IMG/VR virus record: IMGVR_UViG_3300032305_001201
Coordinates: 1 to 26,592 of that record
From: a virus
Lineage: Duplodnaviria; Caudoviricetes
DNA length: 26,592 bases
Strand: one strand, 5' to 3'
The translations under genes and the position numbers were made by a program. Of the stretch, positions 23,663 through 26,592 are shown in pieces. Every line of letters starts with the position of its first letter. Position 1 is the first letter of the stretch. The notes beneath the pieces were generated by a model. The model did not search any database. It was given only the letters and a program-made list of their open reading frames with translations, and was not told the origin of the DNA.

Positions 23663-23905
23663 ATACATCCGGCATCGCTCCGTGTTCTTCGCCACGCATT
23701 TCGGACAGCGGCATCCATACTGGTATGCGGTCGATGCGGAGTGGTTCGGGAACTTGCAGGGCTTGCCCTTGGCAGCGCGAAGTTTGGCGCGGGCGATCAC
23801 CGCCCGGTGCTTCTCGTTGTTCCATTCATTGCAGTCGATGCACCTGCATCCCCGGCGGTGGGCAGTGGAGGATGCGAGGTCGGGGAATTGGCAGTCATTC
23901 TTCAT
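23639..23905 (-). CDS. Small protein with two tandem GCRCxxC zinc-finger-like repeats
   Basis: CQFPDLASSTAHRRGCRCIDC and CKFPNHSASTAYQYGCRCPKC. Confidence 0.7.
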   Translation of the reverse strand: MKNDCQFPDLASSTAHRRGCRCIDCNEWNNEKHRAVIARAKLRAAKGKPCKFPNHSASTAYQYGCRCPKCVAKNTERCRMYKNKNPRR

Positions 23906-24324
23906 GGTGATTCCGTGATGGTAAGCAGGACTCCACAGTCGGATACGGACTTGACGCGGACGGTGGAGAACTGGATGGACTGGATCATGCGATCATCCGA
24001 CCACGCCTTCGCATCGGTCAGGCCATCGATGAACGCCTTGGTGCGACCGCCGATGTTGTCTACGTCCGGGAGGCGACCGCGACCGCGCCACTCAACGGTC
24101 ACGGTCGCCTTCCTGAACGGCTCCCACGATGCGCACTTTCGCATCTCCACCATCGCGAGCGTGGCCGCAACGTAGCGGTCGTGTCGCGCTGCCTTCATGC
24201 GTACCACCCAGTGTGACCGGGCGTTCGCGCTTGGCATCTTTGGTGGTGGGAGGACGATGGTCAGGCTTCTAGCAGTTCCGTCGTAGGGGCTGCGAGAATC
24301 CATTCCATCAGTTGCGTTGCCCAT
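23902..24324 (-). CDS. rusA: RusA-family Holliday junction resolvase
   Basis: LPPP..PSAN...PDVDN...KAFIDGL..A....DD catalytic pattern. Start uncertain (24324 or 24303). Confidence 0.75.
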   Translation of the reverse strand: MGNATDGMDSRSPYDGTARSLTIVLPPPKMPSANARSHWVVRMKAARHDRYVAATLAMVEMRKCASWEPFRKATVTVEWRGRGRLPDVDNIGGRTKAFIDGLTDAKAWSDDRMIQSIQFSTVRVKSVSDCGVLLTITESP

Positions 24325-24605
24325 CGGTGCGCCTCTTGATCGCTCCACCCACTGGGCTGTTCGATGCTGATCGAACGGCGGCGGTTGCCTGAATGGAGCG
24401 TCAGCATCGTAATGCGCTTGTCCCATTCCTTACCCTCACCGTGCAGAAGTCGTTCCGCAGGTTCGCCCATCGCGCCGACAGCATTTGCGATAAGGGCAGC
24501 GCATTCGATGGCGGAGTCGCCGGGTTCCACATTGAAGGAACCTTGCGCCCCAAGGATGCGGGAGTCATCAACGAACCAGTCGATCTGTATTGTCCAGTGC
24601 TTCAT
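24261..24605 (-). CDS. Hypothetical protein
   Basis: GGAG RBS 7 nt before ATG 24605 (MKHWTIQID). Confidence 0.5.
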   Translation of the reverse strand: MKHWTIQIDWFVDDSRILGAQGSFNVEPGDSAIECAALIANAVGAMGEPAERLLHGEGKEWDKRITMLTLHSGNRRRSISIEQPSGWSDQEAHRWATQLMEWILAAPTTELLEA

Positions 24606-24882
24606 CCATAGTCTCCAGTACTTTCCGTGCATGGCACGGGGACTTTCCGTCCAGTGCGTCCATCCGAAGGATGGTGAATTTGCTGATCAGTCTCTTCGCT
24701 CTGCGCTGCTGCATTCCGCCACGGGTGGCAGCGGCTTGGCGGAGGGCAAGCATGAGCAGGGTGAGGCACTCGTCCAGTGCAGCGGCAGCGTTGTGTGCCT
24801 GTGCCTCCCTCCGCTCCGCCGCCATCCTCAACCGCATCAAGACCGCGACTTCCTTGTCCGGATCCAATACGGGCTTGTCCAC
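24568..24882 (-). CDS. Hypothetical helical protein
   Basis: GTG start with GGAGGG RBS; packed in the operon. Confidence 0.55.
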   Translation of the reverse strand: MDKPVLDPDKEVAVLMRLRMAAERREAQAHNAAAALDECLTLLMLALRQAAATRGGMQQRRAKRLISKFTILRMDALDGKSPCHARKVLETMDEALDNTDRLVR

Positions 24883-24883
24883 G

Positions 24884-25105
24884 TTATCCCTCCGTTTCGT
24901 ACATGGCTTTTACGATTGCCCTCTGCAACTGTTCGGGCGTGAACTTCCTGCCACGCTCCTCCAGTTCCTTGATCAGCATGGTGTTGCGCCGCGCAAGCCT
25001 GTCGCATTCTTCGCGGAGGCGTTCGATCTCGTCGGCGGCTTCCAACATAATTGACGGGGCAAGACATTCGCTGTTCGTGCGGAGTTGGGTGACGATGTCC
25101 TTCAC
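24884..25105 (-). CDS. Small coiled-coil phage protein (EAADEIERLR type)
   Basis: DIVTQLR...EAADEIERLR pattern; GGAGG RBS; GTGA overlap. Confidence 0.65.
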   Translation of the reverse strand: MKDIVTQLRTNSECLAPSIMLEAADEIERLREECDRLARRNTMLIKELEERGRKFTPEQLQRAIVKAMYETEG

Positions 25106-25410
25106 TTGCCGTCCTCCTTGAAGCAGTCCCAGCCGTGTCGATCAGCGATGTATCGTGCTGATTCAACGTTATCACGCGAGGTCATTTTGCAATACATCTG
25201 CCGTGCCTCATCGCGCTCCCGAATCATCAAGTCTCGGTCTTGGCATGCAGCACGATGTTCTTGCGTCATCACCTCCAAGTCAACACGCAGCGCATCGACC
25301 ATCGTCAACAACTCAACGATGTCGCTTCGGTTGATGAATGCGAACTCCCCCTTGCGCAGCATGCCCTGCTGCTGCTGACGCAATCGGGTAATGATGTCAA
25401 TCATTTCCAT
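25102..25410 (-). CDS. Hypothetical coiled-coil phage protein
   Basis: DIITRLR...ERDEARQMYC; AGGAG RBS. Confidence 0.62.
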   Translation of the reverse strand: MEMIDIITRLRQQQQGMLRKGEFAFINRSDIVELLTMVDALRVDLEVMTQEHRAACQDRDLMIRERDEARQMYCKMTSRDNVESARYIADRHGWDCFKEDGK

Positions 25411-25750
25411 GTGATGCTCCTACCGGAAAGAGAAACTCCGACTTCGCGACTTCCCATACACGGGCGGAACGGCCCGACCGTGTCTTGCGATATCCGTGCG
25501 CAACTATCAGGCCATCATTCATCAGGTTGTTGACCGATGCAGAGCAAGTCTGATGCGACAATCCAAGTCGCTGTTCCAGTTCGTCGCAGGTGCTTGGAAG
25601 TTCTTCCAGTGCTGCGAGAACCTTCGCGTTGATCGTCCCGATCCGTGGCTGAACGGATGACCACGCTTCGTCCTGCGTGTCCCACCGCGTGGCCTGCCCC
25701 CGCGTCTTGCGGGGGGGCAGGCCATCGGCAGCAAGGTTCTCATTGCTCAT
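25397..25750 (-). CDS. Winged-helix DNA-binding protein
   Basis: TCDELEQRLGLSHQTCSASVNNLMNDGLIVAHGYRKTRSGRSARVW; GGAG RBS before ATG 25750. Confidence 0.7.
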   Translation of the reverse strand: MSNENLAADGLPPRKTRGQATRWDTQDEAWSSVQPRIGTINAKVLAALEELPSTCDELEQRLGLSHQTCSASVNNLMNDGLIVAHGYRKTRSGRSARVWEVAKSEFLFPVGASHGND

Positions 25751-26501
25751 ACATGTCTCCCGAATCAACGGGCGGAGCGGTGCGGATCTCCACGATGCGC
25801 GGCGGTGCGCCTTCCTTCTTGGACGCTTCGGTGATCGCCCAAATCGTCTCGCCCTTCATGTTGAGCAGGGTCGGGTGCAGCGCGAGATCCCACGCGAAGT
25901 AGGTGTTGCCGTCCGGATCCTTGATCTTGACGTACGGGGTGGAGTTCTTTCCTGCCACGCCCTCGTCCACCCACTTGCAGACGATGCGCACCCACTCCCC
26001 GTCCGCCTGTTCCATCTTGGGTTCGGGCTTGGGCGCGGTCTTGACTGCCGCCTTCGGAGCCTGATACTCCTGTCTGGCAGCGGGCCGCTGTTCCGCACGT
26101 TCCTTGCGGTCGCCATCGCCATCGTCATCCGCGTCAGGATCACCGACGATTGCGCACAGGCTGATCAGGCTATACCTACGGAGGTAGGTCACGGTGCTTC
26201 CGGCCTGCTGCACGTTGCTGTTTCCGGGGATGGGGAACGCCATCGTCTCACGCATCCATTCACCTGACGAATGGTGCAGACTGGTCGTGACTCCGATGCG
26301 TCCTTCAAGGAAGGACACGCTCTGCATCAGTGCAATACCCTGCTTTGCAAGGGGCTTGCGCACGGCGTTCAGGACTGCTGCAAGGGTGCTGAACCGCGAC
26401 TTGAAGTGCGGGTTCACTCCATCCAGTTCAGGGTTATCGATCTCAAGGTGCGCCTTCGCGAGTGCTTCAGCGATTGCTCCGGTCGTAGTGCTAGTTTCCA
26501 T
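25740..26501 (-). CDS. erf: ERF-family single-strand annealing protein
   Basis: ALAKA...NPHFKSRFSTL...LHHSSGEWM...QQAGSTVTYLRRYSL...DDDG; start set to ATG 26501 after ACTGGAGAAT. Confidence 0.88.
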   Translation of the reverse strand: METSTTTGAIAEALAKAHLEIDNPELDGVNPHFKSRFSTLAAVLNAVRKPLAKQGIALMQSVSFLEGRIGVTTSLHHSSGEWMRETMAFPIPGNSNVQQAGSTVTYLRRYSLISLCAIVGDPDADDDGDGDRKERAEQRPAARQEYQAPKAAVKTAPKPEPKMEQADGEWVRIVCKWVDEGVAGKNSTPYVKIKDPDGNTYFAWDLALHPTLLNMKGETIWAITEASKKEGAPPRIVEIRTAPPVDSGDMYEQ

Positions 26502-26502
26502 G

Positions 26503-26592
26503 TCATTCTCCAGTAGGTGCGAGTAGGTCGGTCGTGGCCCAGTTCGGGATACGGATCTCAAGAATGTCATCGCTCCATCCCTTGCACGGATC
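26503..26592 (-). CDS. C-terminal fragment of a probable RecE/exonuclease VIII-like PD-(D/E)XK nuclease
   Basis: DPCKGWSDDILEIRIPNWATTDLLAPTGE-stop resembles the GYxxxIxxIxLPxWA tail of that family and sits upstream of erf; only 29 aa are visible. Confidence 0.45.
   Translation of the reverse strand, partial: DPCKGWSDDILEIRIPNWATTDLLAPTGE

Noticed and set aside
1-26592. tRNA, rRNA, integrase or transposase genes; a named host
   Set aside because: No cloverleaf, rRNA-like stretch or catalytic motifs were recognised, and the host cannot be assigned from this window without a search.

Overview
The window is a 26.6 kb piece of a tailed (podovirus-like, P22-type head/neck) bacteriophage genome with three blocks. 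(1) A minus-strand late/structural operon (18871 down to the left edge): terS, terL, several tiny basic proteins, portal, scaffold, major capsid, three paralogous capsid-decoration-like domains (one fused to an SGNH-hydrolase-like body), adaptor, Gly-rich protein, a holin/spanin-like cluster, an Mtd_N-type fibre and a truncated tail hub protein. (2) A divergent plus-strand early island (about 18960-23660) of 10 short genes including a DUF932 protein. It is built from repeated parts: three sigma70-like promoters, an identical ACTGGAGAAC start-associated sequence before 8 genes, and four copies of a covarying structured hairpin placed directly after stop codons. This is the most novel-looking system. 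(3) A minus-strand recombination block (nuclease C-terminus, ERF, winged helix, RusA, Zn finger). On a by-eye read-through the window contains no AGCT or CTGCAG site. All product calls come from motif recognition and synteny; no database search was run.
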